Assembly (NCBI GenBank): GCA_030324005.1
Contig: JARDVH010000099.1
Span: 38,229,882-38,293,881, forward strand
Source of the DNA: Negaprion brevirostris
Taxonomy: Eukaryota
Reading direction: 5' to 3'
DNA: 64,000 nt
Shown here: positions 12,741 through 23,931 of the stretch, piece by piece
Layout of the letters: every line of letters starts with the position of its first letter
Position numbering within the stretch: the first letter of the stretch is position 1
The notes under the pieces: model-generated
What the model was told of the DNA's origin: nothing
Seen by the model: the letters and a program-made list of their open reading frames with translations, nothing else
Databases searched by the model: none
Translations under genes and position numbers: made by a program

Positions 12741-14142
12741 CAGTTATCTTGTCAATGTTTGCCTGACCAAACACATATGTAAACTTGTCTTACATGAGGA
12801 AGAAGTTAACAATATGACACAAGTTGTCAAAATAAGTGAGCTCATCTTCAAACATGAGATCCTTACCATTCACACCAATAACCTCTGCCATTGCTCAGTT
12901 CACCAATACTCGCATCTCCCACATCACCTCAAATGGCAAAATCCCTGGAGCCAGTCGAATTCCGGCGGAGATCTGCTCCCCAGTCCATGGGGAGCAAGGG
13001 TACTTCCACAAGATGCCATCATTGTTCACATCTGCAAATGCAAAGGCAACTGCCAGTTTTGTGACAATCACAAATAAATATTTCTCTTGTTTATTGCTGG
13101 AATGAGCATTGCCAGAATCCTTCTAAACTGGCTCTGTTATATCTTGACCAGGTTCTACTTCCGGAGAGCCAGCGTGGTTTCAGGAAAGGTCAGGGAATCA
13201 TCAACATGGTGTTTGCTGCTTGCCAACTGCAGGAGATGTGCCAAGGACAAATGCTGACCACCTTTGTCAACCTAACCAAAGCCTCTGGCACTGTCGACAA
13301 TGACAGGCCCTGGGAAGATTATGAGCAAGTTTGGGTGCCCAGGCAAATTCATTCAAATAGTTCAACAGTGCCACAGGCCCATGTCCTTGACGACAATGAG
13401 ACTTCGGCCCCCTTCCCTGTCACCAATGGAGTGAAACAGAGCTGTGTACTGACATCTGTCTTCTTTGGCAATGTGTTCTCAGCCACGCTCACTGATGCCT
13501 TCCAGAATAAGGATCCAGGCATAGACATCGGCTACTGAATAGATGACAAGCTTTTCAAACTGCAACACCTCCAAGGTCCTCATTGGTAGACTTCCTATTT
13601 GCTGATAACTGCAGACCAAATGCTGGAAGTGATTTAGGCATGTAGTACATTACAGACATGTTCTCCACATCCTGTGATAACTCCAGTCTTACCATCAGCA
13701 CAAAGAAGACAGAAATCATGTTCCAACTTGCCCCAGGAAAGCTCTATCAAGAGTTGACACTGAGAGTAAATGACCAGAAGCTGACCGCTGTGGACATGTT
13801 CACCTACCCCTAAGCAGCACTCTCTCATACTGTGTTCATACTGATGATGAGACCGATGCTAGAATTGCCAAGGCCAGTGTCTTCAGAAGGCTTTGCTATT
13901 CAGTTTGATAATGTAGAGGAGTGAGACTAAAACCAAGCTCCTGAGCAGTTGCTCCCCCCTGACCCCCCGGTCCACCGCAACCCCCCATCACTGCCCCACT
14001 CTTCTCCACCCTTGCTGCCTCCCCATGCTCCTCAACATCAAGTGTCAAGACAAGTTCCAGACACAGAGGTCCTCAGGAGAACCAGCATGAATAGCATTGT
14101 CACAATGTTATACCGAAAACTGCTCTGTTAGGCTGGACATAC

Positions 14143-14460
14143 GGGCAGCATGGTGGCACAGTGGCACAGTGGTTAGCACTGCTGCCTCACAGCACCAGAG
14201 ACCCAAGTTTGATTCCTGGATTGAGTGACTGTCTATGTAGAGTCCACACGTTCTCCCTGTGTCTGTGTGAGTTTTTTCTGGGTGCTCCAATTTCTTCCAC
14301 AGTCTGAAAGACATGCTGGTTAGGTGCATTGCCCATGCTAAATTCTCCCTCAGTGTACCTGAACAGATGCCAGCATGTGGCAACTAGGGATTTTTCATTG
14401 CAGTGTCAATGTAAGCCTACTTGTGACACTAATAAAAAAACTTTAAGAAGCTTTAAGAAA
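14143..14460 (+). mobile_element. HE1/V-SINE-type tRNA SINE (alternative tail) nested in the RTE
   Basis: Head GGGCAGCATGGTGGCACAGTGG...TTAGCACTGCTGCCTCACAGC, a V-domain, and the tail GTAAGCCTACTTGTGACACTAATAAA. It splits the RTE 'AGH|V' codons. Confidence 0.9.
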
Positions 14461-14493
14461 CATGTCACCACACTGCCTGACAACTGGCTCACT

Positions 14494-16131
14494 GGACCTG
14501 ATTTTGCCAACAAGTTGCACTCGTTTTCAGGTGTGAAAACTTGGCAAAGTCGGGTGTGGAGCAAGTAGCATGATCTGCAACTGCCTCCGCACCCATTCCC
14601 CCTTTATCAAGCGGATAAAATGGCCGCGATCGGCATCCCGCCCAAAAAGGGCGCGACATCAGTTTCAATGTATTTGCATGCATTTAAATTAATTTAATGG
14701 GCTGGACAGCCAAAATTACCAGCACTTCCCCCTTTATCACTGCATTCACCCATCCAGATTTGGAGTGAAACACACATAGTGCACAAATGTCTGGTTTTGG
14801 GTGCTCCAGTTTCTGAGGATGTATGTTCAGAGCTTCCAACGGCTCTCTGACTCAGATCGGTGGTGATGAAGGGGGAATGTGGGNNNNNNNNNNNNNNNNN
14901 NNNNNNNNNNNNNNNNNNNNNNNNNNNNNNNNNNNNNNNNNNNNNNNNNNNNNNNNNNNNNNNNNNNNNNNNNNNNNNNNNNNNNNNNNNNNNNNNNNNN
15001 NNNNNNNNNNNNNNNNNNNNNNNNNNNNNNNNNNNNNNNNNNNNNNNNNNNNNNNNNNNNNNNNNNNNNNNNNNNNNNNNNNNNNNNNNNNNNNNNNNNN
15101 NNNNNNNNNNNNNNNNNNNNNNNNNNNNNNNNNNNNNNNNNNNNNNNNNNNNNNNNNNNNNNNNNNNNNNNNNNNNNNNNNNNNNNNNNNNNNNNNNNNN
15201 NNNNNNNNNNNNNNNNNNNNNNNNNNNNNNNNNNNNNNNNNNNNNNNNNNNNNNNNNNNNNNNNNNNNNNNNNNNNNNNNNNNNNNNNNNNNNNNNNNNN
15301 NNNNNNNNNNNNNNNNNNNNNNNNNNNNNNNNNNNNNNNNNNNNNNNNNNNNNNNNNNNNNNNNNNNNNNNNNNNNNNNNNNNNNNNNNNNNNNNNNNNN
15401 NNNNNNNNNNNNNNNNNNNNNNNNNNNNNNNNNNNNNNNNNNNNNNNNNNNNNNNNNNNNNNNNNNNNNNNNNNNNNNNNNNNNNNNNNNNNNNNNNNNN
15501 NNNNNNNNNNNNNNNNNNNNNNNNNNNNNNNNNNNNNNNNNNNNNNNNNNNNNNNNNNNNNNNNNNNNNNNNNNNNNNNNNNNNNNNNNNNNNNNNNNNN
15601 NNNNNNNNNNNNNNNNNNNNNNNNNNNNNNNNNNNNNNNNNNNNNNNNNNNNNNNNNNNNNNNNNNNNNNNNNNNNNNNNNNNNNNNNNNNNNNNNNNNN
15701 NNNNNNNNNNNNNNNNNNNNNNNNNNNNNNNNNNNNNNNNNNNNNNNNNNNNNNNNNNNNNNNNNNNNNNNNNNNNNNNNNNNNNNNNNNNNNNNNNNNN
15801 NNNNNNNNNNNNNNNNNNNNNNNNNNNNNNNNNNNNNNNNNNNNNNNNNNNCCGGGCTGCCTAATGCAGCTGAGGAGAGATGTGGCAGGGGAGTGTTTTT
15901 CAAATTTTTTTTACTGTGCGTGCGCAGTTGGAAGTTCCAATTGGAGCAGCAGCATTTCAGACACGATAAGCCCCACCCACAGGCTTTGCAGTGTGATTCA
16001 GAATTGCTGCTGTTTATTCAAGCAGTGTGTATATGGGGGTGCCACACACACTCTGCCTGAACAAGTTCAAAAGTTGGATCTGGGTGACTCCCAGATTCAG
16101 CACTCAGAATCAAAATGGTAAAATCGGGCCC
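14494..16131 (+). mobile_element. Non-autonomous PIF/Harbinger-like element (1.64 kb, interior N-masked) nested in the RTE
   Basis: 16-bp TIRs GGACCTGATTTTGCCA / TGGTAAAATCGGGCCC and a 3-bp TSD, ACT (14491-14493, 16132-16134). Same family as 53225-53890. Confidence 0.85.
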
Positions 16132-17159
16132 ACTAAGCAAATATTCTATAATGAACTGCAGAATGGCTCGAAGAAATACTTCAAGGACTTCAACATTGAC
16201 ACCACACCATGGGAGACCCTTGCCCAGGCTCACTCAGCCTGGAGGACTGGAATTGCCAAAAGTGCACCAACATATGAAGAACAACAGGTAATGTCAGCAC
16301 AAGTGCAAAGCATGTAAAAATCATGAGAACATGGCCCCAAATACCTACCAGCCTCATTGTCCTGTCCTTACTGCACTAGAATCTCTTGTGCCAAGATAGG
16401 ATTCATTAGCCATCTTTTCACCCACACAGCCCAACATCTGAATGACAAATGAAAATGACCTTCTTCCATACTGAAGGATGAACATTGACACTTTCATCAC
16501 CTGCACACTAACAATCTTCATCAATCAGGGCTCAACCCTTTCAAATGATTGCTGAACCCTGACACACTTGGCATTTTCAAAACTCACAGCGTTGTTTACA
16601 CATTAGCAGCTATTCAGCCTGGGTACACAGTACGTTGCAGGACCCTCACTGACGGGCTTTAGTCTTTCTTGCAGGAGAAGGTGATGCATAACAGCTGGAT
16701 CAAAGCTGCTGAAGGCCACTCTCCACGGCCTCTGCAGTACCCTCAATTGAAGACCAAGACCCTTCTCTAGCTCTTCAGGAAACACACCATAGAGGCTCTC
16801 GAATTGGGAAAAAGCTCACGAAAGACGGGCACTGAAGGAATCTACAGGAATTAATTTTGTAGGAATCGGACATAACTTCCAATTGAGTGCTGATTGAGTT
16901 GATTGATATTCTATTCAAAAGTACTTATCTGANNNNNNNNNNNNNNNNNNNNNNNNNNNNNNNNNNNNNNNNNNNNNNNNNNNNNNNNNNNNNNNNNNNN
17001 NNNNNNNNNNNNNNNNNNNNNNNNNNNNNNNNTTATCTGAAAATCCAGACAACCGTATCTCAACTGATGTAACAACTCAGGCTGGGCAAGGTCTGTGCAG
17101 TATGAGTGATTCTGGGGCCTACCAGTGAGGGCAGCTCAGTCACAGCTAAGTAAGCCACA

Positions 17160-18032
17160 ACCCCTTGTTTTACTGCACTGGCTGCCATAAACCAGTTAAG
17201 TTTAAAAGTGCCACCAGCTTTAAAGGTCTTTGATCAGCCAGTGGGAAGGTAAGTGTATAAGGTAAATGGGTAGAATTTGTGGAGGCAAGGAGGGGTGGTC
17301 AGGAATCGGGCCTCGGTTGGCCCAGAGGTAGAGGGAGGTCAAGCCAGGAAGGGTCGGGAGTGGAGTTGGGAGTTGGATCTAGGAATGAGAGATTAGGAGT
17401 CAGTAGAGAGTCAGTCCTAGGGTCAGGGGGTTGGTTGGGGGAGGGGGAAATCAAGGGATTAGTTGGCGGGGGGGCGTGGAGGAGTGCCATGTTGTATGAT
17501 GTTCTCTGTACCGGCATGTCTTTGCAATCTGAAGGTGCTCGGCAGAGCAAGGGGAGATGTAGGATTGGAGGATAGCATTATCCACAGTGTGATAGGATTC
17601 TCCCGAATAAAAACTAACTGCTGCCAGCGGGAAAACCAAAGTGGGAAAACCAGGCCAAGCCCACCCAACCCCCAGATTCCTTGGGATACCCTTCCTCTAC
17701 AGGGCGGTGGCAGAGGGGCACATGGGCACATCACTTATCTTCTTGTCCCCAGCTCAGAAACTGTNNNNNNNNNNNNNNNNNNNNNNNNNNNNNNNNNNNN
17801 NNNNNNNNNNNNNNNNNNNNGCATTACACCAAGAGGCTGGAGCAGCTGGCCTCAAGCCCAGTTATAAGATGTTAAGTTGATTTTAAATGTATTTATGATG
17901 TTCCTGCCCGCTTTGGGTGGGAACTTGATCAGGGTTGCTGGGGTATCCGGGACAATCACAACGGGATGAATGCCTCTTTTGGCCCTGATGCCGGATTCAG
18001 CCTGCAGCTAATCGGAGGAAAGAATTGTTCCC
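17160..18032. mobile_element. Nested Harbinger-like non-autonomous fragments
   Basis: G-rich block, an internal terminus GGATTCTCCCG (about 17585) and an end AGAATTGTTCCC (about 18032). Confidence 0.4.
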
Positions 18033-18739
18033 ATGGACGTGTGTGGTAATAGACTCAGAGATGATAGTCTGGAGAGAATACTCTGGAAACAGCCCATCTT
18101 CATGACAGCAGCACCATGCATGACAGTAACCTGAGATCTATAAATAGTTAAATAAATAGTTGATATTTAAATATACAAGTCTCAAGATCTCATCGCTCAG
18201 GCATCTAAAGAACCTTTATTACACCATGTTGAACAGCAATGGAAAGTAAAAGTGGCATTTAAAAAATAAACCCCGAACAACACCCCATGTTACTGAAAAT
18301 TAAAAGCAGCTGATGCCGGAGTAGAAAGTGGGGAAACCTAAGAAGAAATTTCGAAGAAACAGGTTGAGAAGCTTTGCTACAGACTGAGAAGTTGAGGAAT
18401 CCCCCAGAGTGAGTGGAAACCCCTCGCCAGACCTCCAAGTGATGTAGAGTAAAAGAAAAATTGGTTAGATCATAAAGAGAGGTCAGCGCAACAAAAATTG
18501 CAAGACCCTGAGTAACACAGTGTCACTGAACCTGGTCCGATGACACTACGGTGAACAAATATTATTTTAAAAAAAGCTGCATTTGCATTACAGAATAGTG
18601 GTCTCAGGCCTCAGCAGATCGCAGCAGTGATAGCCGTGCTGCACTAAAGTTAAAAAACAAAATAAATCAAATAAAAATCAGCTGGCAGATAAAAGAGAAA
18701 AACTTGCAGAGCATTGTTAAATAAAAGAAAAAAATCCAG

Positions 18740-20700
18740 CAGAGACTAAAAGAGGAGCCCTTTTCTTTCAGCCCTCTGGCTGCTGTTTTAAATGTTCCTG
18801 CAGATTTATTTAATAGAAAGGGGGGTGGGGGGGAGGAAGGAATTGCTACATCCTTATCTGCATTTTTTAAAGGAAACTTAAGCACCAGAAGATAACCAAC
18901 AGCAGTAATTGTCCAATACAATACAGGCTGCGAGTATAGCTCTTCCAAGCATTTTGGAAATGCTGAAATCTTAGTTTAAAAGTGCTCCAGACTGAAAGGG
19001 AAATAGCTTCAAACACTTATATTTTAGAAGACAACCAGGCTTCAAGCCCATTGCATGGCAGTGCAGTACAAAAACTTGGAATATTGACACATTTGTTGCA
19101 AAAGTGCAAAGCCTTTTTTTAAAGAATTGAGTCAAACAATCTCTCCAGCAACAAGACTCAAAAACGCAGGGAAGTCAGGTATCCGAGTAACTAAAGGCTG
19201 AGTGAAAAAAGCAATTCCTGCATTGATAGTCCAAAAGGGGGCGATGACATTTAAAGCAGTAACTCCAGAAAATAAAATAGCTGTGGACAAAAAAATTAGA
19301 AAAGACCACCTAAAAAGAGGGCAATTCCAAATCAAGCACTGAGGGCAACAAAAGACTCCAGAATGGGGACAATAGAAGATCTCAGAGCAAAGGAACAAGT
19401 AAATGACAAGTTGTTTGCCAGCCGTGTGAATACTATGAAACNNNNNNNNNNAAAGAGTTTAGTGCAGAAGAAAGACATGGCTCAGACTCAACCGAAAGAC
19501 TCAAAAATAGAGCTTTCAGAAAATTGTTGACACAGCACTCAAGCTGCAACAGCAGTGCAGAGTGAGCAGATGGCTGCGAATGAAGGAAAGCTATCTGAGG
19601 TAACTCAAAAGAAGCAAAATGTGCAAGAAGTAAATCAAGCTGCTCTACGAGAAAATGTTTGCACTAGATCTGAACTGGAAGACTTGAAGCACAAGATTCA
19701 AGCTGAGTATTTACCTTTGAATACACATGATAAACAATGAACCAAGCTATTCACAATCTGAACAAACAAATTTCAGAGAGCTTGCATAGGTTCCAGGAGG
19801 AAATAATGACCCTCAATTCCACAGCCGACAAATCACAGCAGGAGTTGGGAAAACTCAATGAGATGTTCAGCCAAGTCAAGCAGCCAGGCAGAAACGGCAT
19901 GCAAAAAAAAGTTGCAACTCTGAAAGATTCATAGTAAAATCAATACGTAGTCATGGCAAAACATGGGGAGCTAGCACAAAAAAATGTTGAATATTACTTC
20001 ATAGAAAACTGTGTTGGAAATATCAATAGCAGCAAAACAATGCACTGAAACCCAGAGTGCATTGGCAAGAGGTCAACAAGAAAATAAAGAGTTGAAAGAT
20101 CAGTTAATTGTCCTTCAAGATCAAATGCAAAAGGTATACATGACCATTCATCAACGTGAAGAACTGAAGACTGTCTTAAACAGCAGAATGGAAGCACAGC
20201 AGAAGACACTTGAGGAGAATCTACTGAATTACAGCGGATCTCAAGATAAAGCAACCGAGCTTCATAATGTAGAGGAAAACCACAACAAGAATCCCTCAGG
20301 ACAAAGTTTAACCTTCTGGAAAATTACAAAGAGAAGCAACATGAGTTTACCATCACTCTGAACAAACTGAAGACCTATTGGGTAGAGAAGATTCAGCAAA
20401 TGTTCCACCTTCAGGAGGAAGCTGCAGGCTGAAGAACTGAAGATTGAGGCTGAATGAAAATGAGGAAGTCCTAAGAGGAAAAGCCAAAAAATGTTTTCAA
20501 AGTGTGAGAGGATAATGAAGCCTTGAGTGGCGTAATTACAGAACTGAAACAAGTTAAGAGTTTGCCAGAGATAGACCTGGCCAATAGTGAAAGCAAAACA
20601 AAGGTCAAGGACAAAAACAGAAAGTAGATTGGAAAATGTAAGTCCCCCATTGAGCAGGAATTAGGAGAAGAAAAAACACTGAATGTTTTACATGTACTGA
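18740..20700 (+). pseudogene. UACA: Decayed, apparently intronless ankyrin-repeat plus coiled-coil gene copy, UACA-like (UACA/RAI14/ANKRD24 family)
   Basis: Broken plus-strand frames. Ankyrin-like segments are EDNQQ..AASIALPSILEML (about 18882) and EDNQASSPLHGSAVQKLGILTHLLQ (about 19021). Coiled-coil segments LEDLKHKIQAEYLPLNTHDKQM, QEEIMTLN..SQQELGKLNE, ENKELKDQLIVLQDQMQKVYMTIHQREELKTVLNS and PIEQEL are collinear with recalled human UACA motifs (IKAEYISLAEHEAKM, QEEIVTLH, VQNLLQKQHVPLEQVEALKKSLNG, SIEQEI). Many stops and frameshifts. Confidence 0.65.
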
Positions 20701-21374
20701 GAACCATGGAGCTGTATGAAAAGATTTATCAGCTTGCGTCCAGCAAAACATGGCTTTTCATGCTCTGAATATACTCTCTTCATCACCACCCTGTCCACAC
20801 CACCCCTACCCCCTCCCCCAAACCCAGTCATTCTCACTTCTCAGATGAAGCCCAGACAGGTCTTCATCTGGAAGTAACTTTTTCAACTTAAGCTTTTAAA
20901 TGAAGAAAAATTGACTTTGGAACCAGCCAGACCACTCCCTGAGACAGTGTCTGGCAGTCCTCCCATCAGAAGTATGCAGATACATTTCAGACCCACTTTT
21001 GGGTGGTGGAAGGCCATGTAGCATCTAAGAAGCCGATGCTATGAACCTGATTTCACACCCTAGATCTTTAACACAGTAGAAGTAAACATCAGTGTTAGAG
21101 TCCTATTTTGAGTCATGTGTTTTTAAATTGACGTGCAAGGCATATCTTCAGGTTCAGTATTCTTTACAAATACAACTGATGGATAAATGTTTTAAGATCT
21201 AGTGATCGAACAGATGGCTCTCATCACTCTATTCTAATTTGCTAGACATATTATATACTGTCATGCCTCTGAGACTATAGTTCAGGCTAGGAAACAACAG
21301 ATATATTTGTTGAATACTGAAACAGGTAATAAAGAATCTTAAATATTCATAGCAGTTTCAGTCATGTTCAGCCA

Positions 21375-21975
21375 TAGGTGCTGAGTCGATGATCTATCTT
21401 GGCCTCCTCCTTAGGTCCCTTACATCACTCTTTAGCCAATTCAATTCACTCCACATGCTATTAATAAGTGACTGAAGGAATTGGGTACTGCAAAGTCTAT
21501 GGGTGCTGCCAATATCCTACCTATAATACTGAAGACTGGTGCTCCAGAACACTGGCATCAACCCGGCAATGTGGAAAGTCATCCAGGTATATCCTGTCCA
21601 CAAAAAAACAGGACAAATTCAACCTGGGTTGGAATCATACACAGCACAAAGGAAAATGGTTGTGGCTGTTGAAGGTCCATCATCTCAATCCTGCAACATC
21701 ACTGCAGGAATTCCTCAGAGCAGTGCCCGAGGCCCAACCACCATCAGCTTCATTAATTGCATTGTCTCCATCTTGAAGTCAGAAGTGAAGATGTTCGCCA
21801 ACGATTGCACATTGTTCAGTACCATTTCAAACTCCTCAGATACTGAAGCAATCCATGTTCATGTGCATCAAGACCTGGTCGACATTCAGGCTTGGGCTGA
21901 TAAGTGAGAATTAAAAATCACCCTGTAAGATTGGCAGACAATTAATATCTCCAACAAGAGAAAATCTAACCTGCT
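21375..21975 (+). mobile_element. CR1/L2-group LINE (second family) RT fragment
   Basis: GTAKSMGAANILPIILKTGAPE, WKVIQVYPVHKK and AGIPQSSARGPT...VKMFANDCT...DIQAWADK. Confidence 0.8.
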
Positions 21976-22040
21976 CATTGCTTGTACTGGTCTGCAGAGA
22001 ATACTGATGCTTAAACACATAAGAGGTTAGCTGGCTTCTC

Positions 22041-22910
22041 CATAAGACCATAAGACATAGGAGCAGCAGAAGGCAATTTGGCCCATCAAGTCTCCTCTAT
22101 CTTTCAATGAGATCATGACTCATCTGATGTAGTAATCCTCAGATCCAATTTCCTGCCTTATCCTCATAACCCTTGATTCTCTTGCTGATTAAAAAAAATC
22201 TGCCTAACTTAGCCTTGAACATACTTAATGATTCAGCCTCTACAGCTTTCTATGGTAAAGAATTCCAGATTCACTAAACTCTGAGTGAAGAAATTCTTCC
22301 TTATCTCTGTCTTAACTAGGCAACCCATTAACCTAAGATTATGTCCTCTGGTCCTGGACTGCCCCACAAGGGGAAGAAACCTCTCAGCATCCACCTTGAA
22401 AAACCCTTTGAGAATCCTACATATCTTAATAAGGTCGCCTCTCATTCTTACAAATTCCATTCAGTACAGGTTCAACCTACTCAACCTCTCTTCATAAGAA
22501 AATCCCTCTATACCTGGCATCAACCTAGTGAGCTTTCTCTGCACTATCTCCAATGTCAGTATAACTTTCATTAGATAAGGGACCAAAACTTTTCACAGTT
22601 TTCCAGGTGAAGTCTAATTAGTGTTCAGCAAGACTTCCCTATTTTTGTATTCCAAGGCCAACATTCTCTTTGCCTTCCCGAATACCTGCTGAATTTGCAT
22701 GCTAGATTTTGTGATTTATACAGGAGGACACCTAAAACCTGCTGTACTGCAACTTTCTGCAGTCTTTGTCCATTCAAATAAATTCAGCTCCTTTGTTCTT
22801 CCTTCCAAAGTGCATAACATCATATTTTCCTGTATTAAGTTCCATCTGCGAAATTGTTTCTTCGTTTCATCCTCAATGCTTGCCTTCCCATTGATGTTTA
22901 TGTCATCTGC
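22041..22910 (-). mobile_element. CR1 LINE 3' end
   Basis: The tail repeat CATAAGACCATAAGACATAGGAGCAG and the minus-strand frame RMRGDLIKICRILKG..VDAERFLPL..SRTRGHNLR..KTEIRKNFFTQ. Confidence 0.9.
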
Positions 22911-23931
22911 AGAAATTAGATTACAAACAACTGTGAAAATTAAAGTTCCATAATTGTCAAAAAAAACTCTGTCAAGTAATGGAAAATGATCATTCGCCNN
23001 NNNNNNNNNNNNNNNNNNNNNNNNNNNNNNNNNNNNNNNNNNNNNNNNNNNNNNNNNNNNNNNNNNNNNNNNNNNNNNNNNNNNNNNNNNNNNNNNNNNN
23101 NNNNNNNNNNNNNNNNNNNNNNNNNNNNNNNNNNNNNNNNNNNNNNNNNNNNNNNNNNNNNNNNNNNNNNNNNNNNNNNNNNNNNNNNNNNNNNNNNNNN
23201 NNNNNNNNNNNNNNNNNNNNNNNNNNNNNNNNNNNNNNNNNNNNNNNNNNNNNNNNNNNNNNNNNNNNNNNNNNNNNNNNNNNNNNNNNNNNNNNNNNNN
23301 NNACAACTGGCCATCAGTGAAATCTCCAGCTCCCACATCTGCTCCCCCCACCACCACAAATTAATGAATCCCTCCTCCGATCCCCAATGAGCCCCCCACT
23401 GGGGTCCACACTGGCATTGACCCCGACACAGATTGGCTCCATGACAACCATTTAATTCCAGCTATCAGAGCCACATGCACGTGCCCTCCCCCCCCCCCCC
23501 AAACACTGGCAGTGCCAACATATAAACAAGGACCAATGCCNNNNNNNNNNTCCGTCTCTCCTGGGAGTTATATTCACATTTATGCCCCCAGGGTGGGTCC
23601 CCACAGCAAGTTCATGCCTGGATGAACCAATTGTAAACTGTGCTGACGTGTCATTATATTGGCCCCAGTTGAAAATATGCCTTGGGCTCAATATATGACT
23701 TGGCGTCTTCCTTGTGGGCATGAATCTGATTACACTGCTGACAAGGTGGGGAATGCTGACATGGACAGAGGCTTATGGGCCACTTACTGCTGAGCACATC
23801 ACTGTCGCTGATACGCAGCAGGTGGAGATGGGCACATCCGAGGGCTCGGGTACACATAAATCTGCCCGAGTGAGGATTCAGCTGGCCCCAAGGCAGATGC
23901 TGGGCCTCAGGCTTCGTCCATCCCGAAACTG

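Larger units (their letters stand above)
12790..16490 (+). mobile_element. RTE-clade (BovB-like) LINE remnant, interrupted by a SINE and a DNA element
   Basis: RT motifs MVFAACQLQEMC, TFVNLTKASGTV, PFPVTNGVKQSCVL and FLFADNC. After the inserts the frame resumes KQIFYNELQNG...WETLAQAHSAWR and ends in a C2H2 finger, CPYCTRISCAKIGFISHLFTH (from about 16363). Confidence 0.85.

Noticed and set aside
14143-14225. tRNA gene (and similar heads at other SINEs)
   Set aside because: The A/B-box heads continue into the V-domain and LINE-like tails, so these are SINEs and not cloverleaf tRNAs.
14823-16121. Long ORFs of 334-432 aa (also those at 3623-3926, 8875-9570, 22716-23390 and 53389-53805)
   Set aside because: They are artefacts of translating through N-runs and have no coding evidence.
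16620-16720. 'RVAFSSFDP' as a glycerophosphodiesterase motif
   Set aside because: The match is too short and the surrounding residues do not fit a GDPD domain. The segment is kept only as an unexplained ORF.
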